Shown here: one piece after another, positions 18,167 through 27,819 of the stretch
Layout of the letters: each line of letters begins with the position of its first letter
How positions within the stretch are numbered: position 1 is the stretch's first letter
NCBI GenBank assembly: GCA_046496815.1
Contig: JAWOGN010000320.1
Span: 1 to 48,398, forward strand
Source: Desulfatiglandaceae bacterium
GTDB lineage: Bacteria; Desulfobacterota; DSM-4660; Desulfatiglandales; Desulfatiglandaceae
Direction of reading: 5' to 3'
DNA length: 48,398 bases
The notes under the pieces: generated by a model
What the model was told of the DNA's origin: nothing
Databases searched by the model: none
What the model saw: the letters and a program-made list of their open reading frames with translations, nothing else
Program-made: the position numbers and the translations under genes

Positions 18167-19300
18167 CTAAAAAATTACCTGCAATGGAATGGCCGTAATC
18201 TTATCGTCAAGGGCGTATTTCTGATCACCGGGATAAATGACCCACAAATGTTCCAATCCCAGATCTTCAATGGCAATATGCATGGACCGATTTCGCCCAG
18301 GGGCATCTGTATATTTAAATTCAAAACCATACCGTTTACCTTTTATCGTCAACATGAGATCAAGTTCAGCACCTGCATGTGTGGCCCAAAAATACGCATC
18401 TCTGGTTCGAAAAATATTGATAACATGCTCCAGTGCAAAACCCTCCCATGATGCAACGATTTTGGGATGGCCATGCAAGTCGGCCAGGGTTGAAACCTGC
18501 ATGAGACTGTGAAAAATACCACTGTCACGGATATATATTTTGGGCGCCTTGACCTGTCGTTTTTTCAGGTTTTCAAACCACGGCGGCAATACCCGGACCA
18601 TGTAGGCGCCGGAAAGCATATCGAGATATCGCCGCGCCGTGTTTTCAGCAGTGCCGAGAGACCGGGCAAATTCCGCTGCATTCCACACCTGCCCATGGTA
18701 ATGGGCTACCATCGTCCAGAATCTTCGAAGGGTTTCCGCAGCAATGCTGATGCCGAGCTGGGGAATGTCCCTTTCAAGAAAAGTTCGGATAAAGTTTTCG
18801 CGCCATTGAATGCTGTCGGAATCGGAATCGGCAAGAAAGGCTCTGGGCAACCCCCCCCTTATCCATAATTGATCTCTATGTTTCACACCGACTTCCCAAA
18901 GTTGAAGACCTCCCAGGTCAACGAATCCGATTCTTCCAGCAAGAGATTCGGAAACACCCTTGACCAAATGCGGTGAAGCTGATCCAAGCAACAGAAATCT
19001 GGTATTTTTGCCGGATCGATCCACAAATACACGGAGCAGTTCGAACAGTTCGGGTTTTCTTTGAACCTCGTCTAAGATCACCAGGCCGGAGAGATCCTTC
19101 AACGCCTGCATGGGAGCAGAAAGACGCTGGATATCAACAGGATTTTCCAGGTCAAAAAATGTGGACGGCTCTTGTTCAGCTATGAACCAAGCCAAAGTTG
19201 TCTTACCACACTGCCGCGGTCCGAGCAGGGCAGTGACCGGATGTATCTGGAACGAAGCCTCGATTTGATGGATGGGTCCTGGTCTGGGAATCATAAACAT
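18167..19300 (-). CDS. AAA+ ATPase with a DUF4143-type C-terminal domain
   Basis: Walker A GPRQCGKTT and Walker B LVILDEVQ. Overall layout (LLGSASP, DIPQLG, YIRDSG) is typical of the widespread ATP-binding protein/DUF4143 family. Confidence 0.8.
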   Translation of the reverse strand: MFMIPRPGPIHQIEASFQIHPVTALLGPRQCGKTTLAWFIAEQEPSTFFDLENPVDIQRLSAPMQALKDLSGLVILDEVQRKPELFELLRVFVDRSGKNTRFLLLGSASPHLVKGVSESLAGRIGFVDLGGLQLWEVGVKHRDQLWIRGGLPRAFLADSDSDSIQWRENFIRTFLERDIPQLGISIAAETLRRFWTMVAHYHGQVWNAAEFARSLGTAENTARRYLDMLSGAYMVRVLPPWFENLKKRQVKAPKIYIRDSGIFHSLMQVSTLADLHGHPKIVASWEGFALEHVINIFRTRDAYFWATHAGAELDLMLTIKGKRYGFEFKYTDAPGRNRSMHIAIEDLGLEHLWVIYPGDQKYALDDKITAIPLQVIF

Positions 19301-19600
19301 ATTTTATTCCTTGAAATTCGTCATTTCAAGTGATGATTTTCAAGAAAAAATTATGCAATTTGGAAGAAGATCAACCGTTTATTGTGCTTTATCCTGTTGG
19401 ATGCTGGTTTTGCGGCTGTTGCGCTGATGATTGTCCGGCAGAAGCCATCAAAATGGAGCACTCCTTAAACCAGCGGGTAGGATGAAAGCGAAAGGAGACG
19501 GGTGAGTACTTCAGGATCGGGATGAAAGACCCTCCACCCCCCAACACGAGACCCCCGGGGGAGGGATGAAGTGAATAATGAGGTAACCCCACTGTTAATT

Positions 19601-19635
19601 AAAATGGAAAACGAGGACGATTGCCAATTGTCCTC
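19601..19635 (-). terminator. Rho-independent terminator after the tRNA-Lys/tRNA-Glu pair
   Basis: On the minus strand, GAGGAC-AATTGGCAATC-GTCCTC (6-bp stem, 19613-19635) is followed by GTTTTCCATTTT. Confidence 0.5.
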
Positions 19636-19699
19636 GGATAAAAGTTCAGCACGGCACCATATAATATAAAATTTTGAATTTATTATATATTTATAAAAA

Positions 19700-19777
19700 T
19701 GGCGTCCCCAAGGGGATTTGAACCCCTGTCGCAGGCGTGAAAGGCCTGTGTCCTAGACCTGGCTAGACGATGGGGAC
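19700..19777 (-). tRNA. tRNA-Glu (anticodon UUC), CCA encoded
   Basis: Reverse complement: GTCCCCATCGTCTAGCCAGGTCTAGGACACAGGCCTTTCACGCCTGCGACAGGGGTTCAAATCCCCTTGGGGACGCCA. Acceptor GTCCCCA/TGGGGAC, anticodon loop CTTTCAC, T-arm AGGGG-TTCAAAT-CCCCT. Confidence 0.92.
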
Positions 19778-19866
19778 GCTGTCTTTTGGGTGCGCAAGAC
19801 AGTCGAATGATTGGTCACCGTCGAGGCATGCGCCTCAGATGAGGTCCTATGCGCGATATTTGACTG

Positions 19867-19943
19867 TGGTGGGCCGTGCAGGGATCGAACCTGCGGCCAA
19901 CGGATTAAAAGTCCGCTGCTCTACCTGACTGAGCTAACGGCCC
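19867..19943 (-). tRNA. tRNA-Lys (anticodon UUU), CCA encoded
   Basis: Reverse complement: GGGCCGTTAGCTCAGTCAGGTAGAGCAGCGGACTTTTAATCCGTTGGCCGCAGGTTCGATCCCTGCACGGCCCACCA. Acceptor GGGCCGT/ACGGCCC, anticodon loop CTTTTAA. Confidence 0.92.
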
Positions 19944-20078
19944 CGAGCGTTCTTTTATATATGGCTTTTATTTAAGTTGTCAAAATTTTTTTGAAAAACC
20001 ATGTCAAGTCGGTGAACTGATCGAAACGACAGCAGCGGTGCATGCAGTTCCACCGAATTTGTATTCCGTTGTCCGACG

Positions 20079-21125
20079 TCATTCCAGGTTGAATATATTC
20101 CGACGAATGTGGTTGATTTCTTCTTCGCTGGGTGGATAAGGGTAATTCCATTGCTTGACGTCCGGTAGGCAGTTGCCGAAGGGTCGGTTACATGCCACCT
20201 CGCCATCTTGCCCAAGACAGCCTGTGGTCATAAAGGGAGCGCCCGAACTGATGGCGCTCACCACCTGCCGTTTCATAACCCCGAAATCTACGACCCGTCC
20301 TCGGTGGTCAAATTGCATGACCGGGTATTCGCTGAGGCCCTTCTCGATCAGATAGCGGGCGAGTTGTACCCTGAGATAGGTGGGCCAGGGCGGCTGCGGA
20401 TGATCCATGAGTGTTGAGCCTTCCTCTGCAAGAAAGGAAAAAAGGTGATTAACCACCCCCATCTTCCACAGCTTATCCATCAGCGAAACCATTTCCTGTT
20501 CGGTCTCGCCCATCCCCACCATGAGGTGGGCACCCACGTGGGGCGGTCCGAATACTTGCAGACCTGTCTCCAAGGTCTCCCAATACCGCCGCCATTTGTG
20601 CGGGCCTGAAACCCCGCTTCCGCGGTATTTATCGAAAAGCTGAGGTGTCGCCAGATCAACCGCAATCCCGATTTTGTCGGCACCGCTTTGCTTCATCTCC
20701 ACCAGGTCATCCGCAGCAAGAATTGTTGGACTGATGAGGATGGATATCGGGAGGGACGTCTCGTTTTTGAGGCGTCGGACCATTTCCACCGTATCTTTCC
20801 GGCACTTGCCGTTGGTGATCATTGAAATACACGTCCGTTGGACATAGGGCGGTGCGACGTTGATTGCTTTCACAATCTCATCCATGGAAAAAACCGGCCA
20901 GTCCACATGAATGAAACTCTTTTTCTCATATGTCCCCGGACGCTTCTTGGCGAGACCGCAGTAAGCGCAGTTGGCGGCGCACCCTTCAGGATAATGAACC
21001 AGAAGGTTGACGCATTTATTGACTGCACCCCGGTACATCCGGCCCCGAAGTAATCCCAGTGAAATTGCGGTGGCCTGGCTCATTTTGGCAAAATCGGGAC
21101 TCTGGTGCTTGTCAATAACTCTCAT
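20079..21125 (-). CDS. Radical SAM protein, BioB/LipS-like (candidate lipoyl synthase component)
   Basis: CxxxCxxC cluster motif CAANCAYC. C-terminal Cys motifs (TTGCLGQDGEVACNRPFGNC). Co-oriented with the lplA-like and gcvH genes. Confidence 0.75.
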   Translation of the reverse strand: MRVIDKHQSPDFAKMSQATAISLGLLRGRMYRGAVNKCVNLLVHYPEGCAANCAYCGLAKKRPGTYEKKSFIHVDWPVFSMDEIVKAINVAPPYVQRTCISMITNGKCRKDTVEMVRRLKNETSLPISILISPTILAADDLVEMKQSGADKIGIAVDLATPQLFDKYRGSGVSGPHKWRRYWETLETGLQVFGPPHVGAHLMVGMGETEQEMVSLMDKLWKMGVVNHLFSFLAEEGSTLMDHPQPPWPTYLRVQLARYLIEKGLSEYPVMQFDHRGRVVDFGVMKRQVVSAISSGAPFMTTGCLGQDGEVACNRPFGNCLPDVKQWNYPYPPSEEEINHIRRNIFNLE

Positions 21126-21262
21126 ATACCATCGTTTTCATTTGATAATATTTCAATATACACGACAGAACCCAAAATCGTCCCGCGTCCCAAAAAATCT
21201 CCCCTTCTGTCCCAAACGCACCGATCCACAACACTGAGTTTCCATTTTGTCTTTCGCAGTTT

Positions 21263-22330
21263 TTACACTCTTAACTGGTTTTCTTTCGCCGCAAGGACCG
21301 CCGCAGTTAACGTCGCCACATCCAGTCCATAGATCATGTCTTTTTGCCATACCGACGCCAGATTTTGTTCTATGCTTTCTTTTCGTGCCGAGGTCCACTT
21401 CAGCGCGTTCTCCAGTCTGCGAACGTTTTCACTGGTGGAGAAAAAGTCACCCGTAATCACGACATTTTCAATGGCTCCTCCCGACAGGGAAAGATAAATC
21501 TCCAAAAGGCCCGCTTTGCTCTTGATTTGCCCGATACCCATCCGGGCCCTGGGATGCTTATGAGAGAAGATCCATTCCCGATTCTCATACCTCTCCTTGA
21601 TGAAAGCCTGAATTGTTTTCGTTTCCCATGCATCCGGCTCATCTTCTTGCAGACAAATATTGAATTTATCCTCAAAAGCGCGTTCGATCGCCCCCGTTAC
21701 CTCCGCGACAGAGATATCACGACCCAGTTCCCGTCTCACCGTGGTCATCCGCCGGCTGAAGCAATTATACCCCTTATCACGGATCTTCACCAGAGGCGTG
21801 TTCATGATATCGGTCATGAGATCGATATCGAACTCCACCAAAAGGCTGGTGTGAAACAGAAGACTTTTGCCGACGCCTGATGCGGCAGATAAGCCGGCGA
21901 TTTTCCTTCCGGCCACCTCCAAGTCATTTTTTGGCTGGAAACATGCTTGAATACCAATTTTTTCCAGTGCGGTTATCAACACAAGGCTCAAGGATTCGAA
22001 TATCCCCCCGACGCCCCTGCCGAGACCCGGATAATCAAAATTGATTCCCAATCCGAGTGCAACGACATCGGGGCCCATGATCACCGTTCCGCCTCCCGTG
22101 CTTCGCCGGCTGAACGCAATGCCCCGTGCTCTGCATCTGTCAAGTCTTAGGGCGGCCTTGATATCTTGGTACTTTCCTACGTTGACCGAAGGAACAAACG
22201 TATACAAGTGAAGAATCGGTGCGGAATTGTTGAGCGCCACGGATTGCGGCAAGGTATCATCCACTGCCAGTCCTTCTGCGGCGCTGACGGGTCTTGAGAT
22301 ATTCTTGAAAAGTCGCCAATACGGAGTCAT
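21263..22330 (-). CDS. Lipoate-protein ligase family protein (LplA-like, BPL/LPL catalytic domain)
   Basis: FSRRSTGGGTVIMGPD (RR.TGGG motif) and GRKIAGLSA (catalytic Lys region). 355 aa. Confidence 0.8.
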   Translation of the reverse strand: MTPYWRLFKNISRPVSAAEGLAVDDTLPQSVALNNSAPILHLYTFVPSVNVGKYQDIKAALRLDRCRARGIAFSRRSTGGGTVIMGPDVVALGLGINFDYPGLGRGVGGIFESLSLVLITALEKIGIQACFQPKNDLEVAGRKIAGLSAASGVGKSLLFHTSLLVEFDIDLMTDIMNTPLVKIRDKGYNCFSRRMTTVRRELGRDISVAEVTGAIERAFEDKFNICLQEDEPDAWETKTIQAFIKERYENREWIFSHKHPRARMGIGQIKSKAGLLEIYLSLSGGAIENVVITGDFFSTSENVRRLENALKWTSARKESIEQNLASVWQKDMIYGLDVATLTAAVLAAKENQLRV

Positions 22331-22366
22331 GACACCCTAAAGGTAAGAACGCTATCCGAAAAAGCC

Positions 22367-22804
22367 CTAGGCGCCGGCCCTTTCCTCCTCAGCCCGTTTC
22401 AACTCGGCATCTATGAATTCAACAAGCGCCTCGCCCTGCATCAAATTTCCCAACTCCGAATCCAGGTCCTCGGCCTCAATCACAAGAATCCAGCCCTCAC
22501 CGTAAGGATCCTTATTGACAAGGCTTGTATCTTCCTCAAGCTCTTCGTTTATTTCCACGATTTCTCCAGACACCGGGGCGACCAGTTTCCCAATCCATTT
22601 TCTGGACTGAATCTTTCCGCAAACTTCACCCTGCTCCACATCTTCTTCCTCTTCGGGAAGATCCACAAACACGATATCCCCTGATTCCTTTTGGAAAAAA
22701 TCGTTCATGCCTACGGTCACTCTCGTACCCTCAACGCGCGCCCAGCTATGGTCCTTATGATAGTAAAGTTCATCGGGCATGTCGTAGCCTTTGATGTCTG
22801 CCAT
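22367..22804 (-). CDS. gcvH: Glycine cleavage system H protein / lipoyl carrier
   Basis: YYHKDHSWARVEG..VTVGMNDFFQKESGDIVFVDLPE and GKIQSRKWIGKLVAPVSGEIVEINEEL. The lipoyl-Lys is at the canonical position of E-S-V-K-A. Confidence 0.85.
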   Translation of the reverse strand: MADIKGYDMPDELYYHKDHSWARVEGTRVTVGMNDFFQKESGDIVFVDLPEEEEDVEQGEVCGKIQSRKWIGKLVAPVSGEIVEINEELEEDTSLVNKDPYGEGWILVIEAEDLDSELGNLMQGEALVEFIDAELKRAEEERAGA

Positions 22805-22882
22805 TTCTTCAGACCTCCTTCTTCAATTGAGAAAAATCAAGTCCCTCCTTAGCAGGTATCGCCCTTCGAATCAAGCTGAAAG

Positions 22883-24175
22883 CTACTTGAATCTGGCCTT
22901 CACCGCCCTCGCGTGAATTGGAAGACCTTCGGCCTCCGCCAACGTGACCACCACATTTTTCAGCTGTGCCAGCCCTTTCTTGCTCAGGTATTGGAAAGTA
23001 GGCTTCTTAATGAAGTCATCTACGGAAAGCCCTGAGAACATGCGGGCACACCGCCCGGTAGGGAGTACATGGTTGGTTCCCGAGGCGTAATCCCCCACAG
23101 GAACCGGTGCAAATGGCCCCAAGAAAATAGAACCGGCATGCTTGATTTTGTTCAGCATGATAAATGGATCCTCCGTCAAAATCTGGAGATGTTCCGTTGC
23201 ATACGCATTGGTAAAATCAAGGGCCGCTTCCATGTCTTCGGCGATCAGGACGTAGGAGTGTTTGGCAAGCGATGACGCGAAAATCTCTTTTCTGGGCAAA
23301 GAATCATACTCCCTTTTGATCATTTCGCAGACCGCCGTTGCGATGTCTTCTTCGGTTGTGACCAGCACGGCGGCCGAGTCCGGATCATGTTCGATCTGGG
23401 ACAGAAAATCCACCGCGATCCACTCCGCGTCCCCCGTGTGATCGCACAGAATCAGTGACTCGCTGGGACCGGCCGGTGAATCGATATCCACGTGGCCGTA
23501 GACCATCATCTTGGCAGCGGTCACGTATTTGTTTCCCGGTCCCACGATTTTGTCTACTTTGGGCATGGTCTCAGTGCCCCAGGCAAGTCCGGCAATCCCC
23601 CAGGGTCCCCCCACTTTGAAAATCCGATCGCAACCGGCAATGTCGGCAGCCACCAATGTGGCGGGGTTTGCCAGCATTCCCTTGCCGGGCGGGGTAACCG
23701 CCACAATTTGACCCACACCTGCGACCCTGGCAGGGAGGACGGTCATCAGAATCGAGCTGGGGTAGGCGGCCGTCCCCCCTGGAATATAACAACCGACGAT
23801 GTCCATTGCCCGGGTGATGCGGCCCGCCATGACACCTTCAGTTATTTCTATGGACCACATCTCTCGCTCCATCTGGGCCTTATGGAACTTCGTGATGTTT
23901 TCAGCCGCCCTCTTCAAGCAATCAACCACATGGGCATCCACCTGTTCATATGCCGAATCTATTTCTGCTTTGGTAACTTCCAGATCAGATGCTGAGATGT
24001 CCGCCTTGTGTTTCAGGTAATGGGTCAGGGCGACGGCATCTCCACGGCTACGCACATCATCCACGATCTTCCTTACGTCTTCATAGATGGAAGAGATGTC
24101 CTCCATGGACCTTTCCATGATGTTTTTAAGTTGCTCTGAGCTGAGTTCTGCGATCTTTAAAGGTTTGATATTCAT
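22883..24175 (-). CDS. hisD: Histidinol dehydrogenase
   Basis: ORF 22883..24226, trimmed to ATG 24175 (GGAGA upstream). Motifs SQIEHDPDSAAVLVT and VGDYASGTNHVLPTG. Confidence 0.9.
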   Translation of the reverse strand: MNIKPLKIAELSSEQLKNIMERSMEDISSIYEDVRKIVDDVRSRGDAVALTHYLKHKADISASDLEVTKAEIDSAYEQVDAHVVDCLKRAAENITKFHKAQMEREMWSIEITEGVMAGRITRAMDIVGCYIPGGTAAYPSSILMTVLPARVAGVGQIVAVTPPGKGMLANPATLVAADIAGCDRIFKVGGPWGIAGLAWGTETMPKVDKIVGPGNKYVTAAKMMVYGHVDIDSPAGPSESLILCDHTGDAEWIAVDFLSQIEHDPDSAAVLVTTEEDIATAVCEMIKREYDSLPRKEIFASSLAKHSYVLIAEDMEAALDFTNAYATEHLQILTEDPFIMLNKIKHAGSIFLGPFAPVPVGDYASGTNHVLPTGRCARMFSGLSVDDFIKKPTFQYLSKKGLAQLKNVVVTLAEAEGLPIHARAVKARFK

Positions 24176-24247
24176 TTGTCTCCATTTCTCCCTTTCGTAT
24201 TCGTTGAAAACCTTAAAATACGGCAATTAAGAATGCTTATAATTTTC

Positions 24248-24787
24248 TCATGGCGCCGACCCGCCCCCCTTTTTCTTCCTTTTGACTGAGTAATAATCCG
24301 TAAGGGCATCCGTCGTGCTTCGAAAAGCGAGTTTCCGCCAGGGGATTTCTTCCTCTGAAAACAACTTGGCTTCGAGCGTCTCATCCCCGGAAATGAGATC
24401 ACCCGAGCGATACGCCGTCACGTATACGATCACAACCGGCACATCTCCCGCATAAGAATACACGCCCAAAAGGTCAAGGATTCGACTTTTAACGCCGCAT
24501 TCCTCTTCGGTCTCCCTGATGGCGGCGGCATTTACGGCTTCCCCCCGGTCGACATACCCCCCCGGCATTACCCATTTCCCCTTTTGTGGCTCAATGCCCC
24601 GCTTTAAGAGAACGATTTTGTTTTCCATCTCCACAACAGAGCACGCGACGACTTTTGGGTCCAGGTAGAAAACAAAATCACACGCAGAACAGATGGATCT
24701 GCTCGGCTCATTCTCTTTCAAGTTCAAAACGGCAAGCCGCCCCCCGCATACAGGACAAAATCGGAATTCAGGTTCGTGATGGGACAT
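24248..24787 (-). CDS. NUDIX hydrolase with an N-terminal zinc ribbon
   Basis: CPVCGG...CSACDF zinc ribbon. Nudix box GKWVMPGGYVDRGEAVNAAAIRETEEECG. Confidence 0.85.
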   Translation of the reverse strand: MSHHEPEFRFCPVCGGRLAVLNLKENEPSRSICSACDFVFYLDPKVVACSVVEMENKIVLLKRGIEPQKGKWVMPGGYVDRGEAVNAAAIRETEEECGVKSRILDLLGVYSYAGDVPVVIVYVTAYRSGDLISGDETLEAKLFSEEEIPWRKLAFRSTTDALTDYYSVKRKKKGGGSAP

Positions 24788-25308
24788 GATATCTTATTGA
24801 TTCGTTGACACCTTGCTCGATTGGGCGAGAGGTGCGGTTCGAAACTCCAAATGTTGGATTTGGGGATGATGTGATACGCACTGCCGAAAAAGGCCGGCAG
24901 GCCTTCCCTTTGCGGCGTCAAATGCTCCTCGATATTTCCGGCCGCTGTATCTTCCCAAACACCCTGTGTTTCATAGAAAAACCGAAGGCCTCAAATCCGG
25001 GGGTTCAGGCGCCTCCTGTGCCTTTCGCAGACGGATAATCGCCTTGACTCCGTCCATAGCTATCATTTAACGTGCATGAATGCAAATGATATACTGCCCG
25101 TGCATGCGGTGATGGGCAAGCAAGCGAACCAATCCCGGTGACTATCCGGCTGCTTGAGAAACGGTTCCTGAATCGACCGGTTCGCGTATGCTGTTACTTC
25201 ACTTCCTTCGGGCCGACATCCGGAAAAATGCCGGCAGAGAAGCCGCATCGGCGCTTATAAGATTAACCTATATCTTTTTTCAACCTATATAGAGCGGAGC
25301 TTACACGC

Positions 25309-25896
25309 ATGACACCGCACCGGATTCCTGGGGACCTATTTAACGATTACCCGAAAGAAGTTATCCTCAAAGATGGCACCGGCGTCACCTTGCGTCCTCT
25401 GAGGAAAGGGGATGAACGCCCTCTGTTTGAGATGTTCAAGCGGTTCTCGGCGGATGATTTGTGGTTTCTGGATCATGATGTGTCCGATCGGGAGTTAATC
25501 GCTGAGTGGATCACCGATCTGGATTTGAATCGGAGGATAGCCACGGTTGCCCTGCTCGAAGGACATATCGTCGCCAACGCCGTCCTGATGTTAGAGGGCG
25601 GTGGTGCCGAAAGCCACATTGGAAAAATCAGGATTTCGGTGGATCCGAGCTATCGAGATAAACGCTTGGGAACCTGGATGCTTCTTGATCTGATCAATCT
25701 TGCAATTGCCATTGGATTAAAGATGTTGGTAATGCGTCTCGTTCAGGATAGGGATGCCGCGGTCATCAACGGGATCAAAAAACTTGAATTTGCTGAGAAG
25801 GCGATCCTGCAGGATTACCTCATGGGAAGAGAGGGAAAACCCCACAATCTCGTTATCATGACAAAGCGCCTTCCCAGCCGATATTACGATTTTTGA
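25309..25896 (+). CDS. GNAT-family N-acetyltransferase
   Basis: Acetyl-CoA binding region ISVDPSYRDKRLGTWMLLDLINLA. About 195 aa. Its stop is 1 nt before the uvrC start. Confidence 0.75.
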   Translation: MTPHRIPGDLFNDYPKEVILKDGTGVTLRPLRKGDERPLFEMFKRFSADDLWFLDHDVSDRELIAEWITDLDLNRRIATVALLEGHIVANAVLMLEGGGAESHIGKIRISVDPSYRDKRLGTWMLLDLINLAIAIGLKMLVMRLVQDRDAAVINGIKKLEFAEKAILQDYLMGREGKPHNLVIMTKRLPSRYYDF

Positions 25897-25897
25897 C

Positions 25898-27730
25898 ATG
25901 GATCAGGCCGTTCATTTGCAGCATGATTTGGATCTCGTCAGGCTCCGGCATACGCTCCCGGATAAACCGGGGGTTTATCTTTTCAAAGACCCCACAGGGC
26001 GTGTGATTTATGTGGGAAAAGCCAAAAGCCTTCGGAAACGGGTCCTTTCCTACCTCAGGTCTCCTGCGAATCTTCCGCACAAAACCGCAAAGATGATGAC
26101 AAGGGCCTCCGGCCTTGATTATCTGCTGACGCGCACTGAAAAGGAAGCATTCATCCTTGAAGGCAATCTCATCAAAAAGCATATACCCCGCTACAACGTT
26201 GTGCTCCGGGATGACAAGCGATACCCCTGCCTGCGACTTGATATCAACGCACCCTATCCGCGACTGAATATCGTACGGAAAATTAAAAAAGACGGAGCGC
26301 TCTATTTCGGTCCCTTTTCTTCTGCAAATGCCGTTCGCAGTACGCTCAAATTTATTGAACGGGTTTTCCCGATCCGCAAATGCACAAGCAAGGGATTGCC
26401 GAAACGCACAAGGCCCTGCCTGAATTACGAGATGGACAAATGCCTGGCCCCGTGCACCCAAAAAATTTCTATTTCGGATTACAAGGAGATTGTGCATCAG
26501 GTCAGGTTTTTCTTGGAAGGGCGAAATCGGGAGTTGATTGAACAGTTGCGAAGGAAAATGGTTGAGGCGGGGGAGCAATTGGAATTCGAGCGCGCCGCGA
26601 AAATAAGAGATCAGATAAAAGCAATAGAAAAGACCGTGGAACGTCAACATGTGGTATCTCCGAAGATGGAGGATCAGGATGTCGTAGCGGTTTCGGAAAA
26701 AGAGGATCTGTATCAGCTCGTGGTTTTATTTGTCCGCAAGGGCGCCCTGGTGGGAAGTCGGGATTATGTGCTCAGGCATTCGGGGGGCACCGCTTCCGAG
26801 GTCATGGAAGGTTTTTTGAAACAGTACTATCTCCGCGACGCGTTTATCCCGAAATGTATTCTCATTTCCGAGGCGATTGCGGACCTTCACTCAATTTCGG
26901 ACGGGTTGAGTGCCTTGCGCGGACACAAGGTGGCGATCCAAACGCCTCTGAGAGGAGAAAAGCGCCGATTGGTGCGTATGGCCCTCGCAAATGCGGAAAA
27001 CCTATTGAACAGCCGTTCGGAAAATCAAAGGGCTGATCTCATGGATCTGGTGCAATCGACACTCGACCTGAAAAGGTCACCCAAACGCATCGAAGGTCTT
27101 GATATTTCAAATCTGAACGGGGATGAAGCCGTGGGATCGGTTGTCTCCTTTGTTGACGGGGTATCCCATCGCGCCGGTTACCGCAACTATAAAATAAAAG
27201 CCGTCGAGGGTATTGATGATTACGGTATGATGACGGAATTGATCGAGAGAAGGGTCAAAAAAAGCCCACTGCCGCAACTGTTTTTGGTAGACGGAGGGAA
27301 AGGGCACCTTTCCGCTGTGAAAAGAGTGCTTGATAAATTGCCTGTCTCTCGCGCCCCTGAAGTCATCTCCATTGCGAAGCCCGTCGAAAACCGAGGGGAG
27401 AAATCGGACAAGATCTACGTTCCGGGACGAAAGAATCCTATGGGGCTCAGGGGCGATCATCCCGTCCTCCTTCTCATGATGCGAATTCGAGATGAGGCGC
27501 ATCGTCGGGCCGTGACCTATCACCGGAGGCTACGCGCCAAGACCATGAGGGAGTCGGAACTGGACCGCATCCCCGGCATCGGGAAAAAAAGGAAAAAGGC
27601 GTTGCTCGCGAACTTTGAAGACATCGCCGCAGTTGCCGCCGCAAGTGCCGATGACTTGGCCCGTCTTCCGGGGATAAATCGGGCCTTGGCGCACGAAATC
27701 GTCCATTTTTTTCGTAAAAACAGGGAATGA
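25898..27730 (+). CDS. uvrC: Excinuclease ABC subunit C
   Basis: GIY-YIG N-terminus (PGVYLFKD..GRVIYVGKAKSLRKR), UVR domain, RNase H-like endonuclease domain, C-terminal (HhH)2 (IPGIGKKRKKALL ... LPGINRALAHEI). Confidence 0.95.
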   Translation: MDQAVHLQHDLDLVRLRHTLPDKPGVYLFKDPTGRVIYVGKAKSLRKRVLSYLRSPANLPHKTAKMMTRASGLDYLLTRTEKEAFILEGNLIKKHIPRYNVVLRDDKRYPCLRLDINAPYPRLNIVRKIKKDGALYFGPFSSANAVRSTLKFIERVFPIRKCTSKGLPKRTRPCLNYEMDKCLAPCTQKISISDYKEIVHQVRFFLEGRNRELIEQLRRKMVEAGEQLEFERAAKIRDQIKAIEKTVERQHVVSPKMEDQDVVAVSEKEDLYQLVVLFVRKGALVGSRDYVLRHSGGTASEVMEGFLKQYYLRDAFIPKCILISEAIADLHSISDGLSALRGHKVAIQTPLRGEKRRLVRMALANAENLLNSRSENQRADLMDLVQSTLDLKRSPKRIEGLDISNLNGDEAVGSVVSFVDGVSHRAGYRNYKIKAVEGIDDYGMMTELIERRVKKSPLPQLFLVDGGKGHLSAVKRVLDKLPVSRAPEVISIAKPVENRGEKSDKIYVPGRKNPMGLRGDHPVLLLMMRIRDEAHRRAVTYHRRLRAKTMRESELDRIPGIGKKRKKALLANFEDIAAVAAASADDLARLPGINRALAHEIVHFFRKNRE

Positions 27731-27819
27731 TCGCGCCGAATTCCTGATGGGGTTGACATCTTAAACCCAGGTTTGATACCGTAGCGGCGTGTCTAATTCC
27801 GTTGAGATAAGAGTGGCCT

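Noticed and set aside
19440-19600. CRISPR-like array
   Set aside because: There are only three 8-9-nt repeats with irregular 40-44-nt spacing and no cas genes. This does not fit a CRISPR.
17150-19950. Intact prophage or integrative island at the tRNA genes
   Set aside because: I could see no integrase, excisionase, phage structural genes or att duplication. At most it is an eroded remnant.
25856-26650. 264-aa minus-strand ORF
   Set aside because: It lies entirely antisense to the well-supported uvrC, has no recognisable motifs and has odd composition. This is typical of a shadow ORF.
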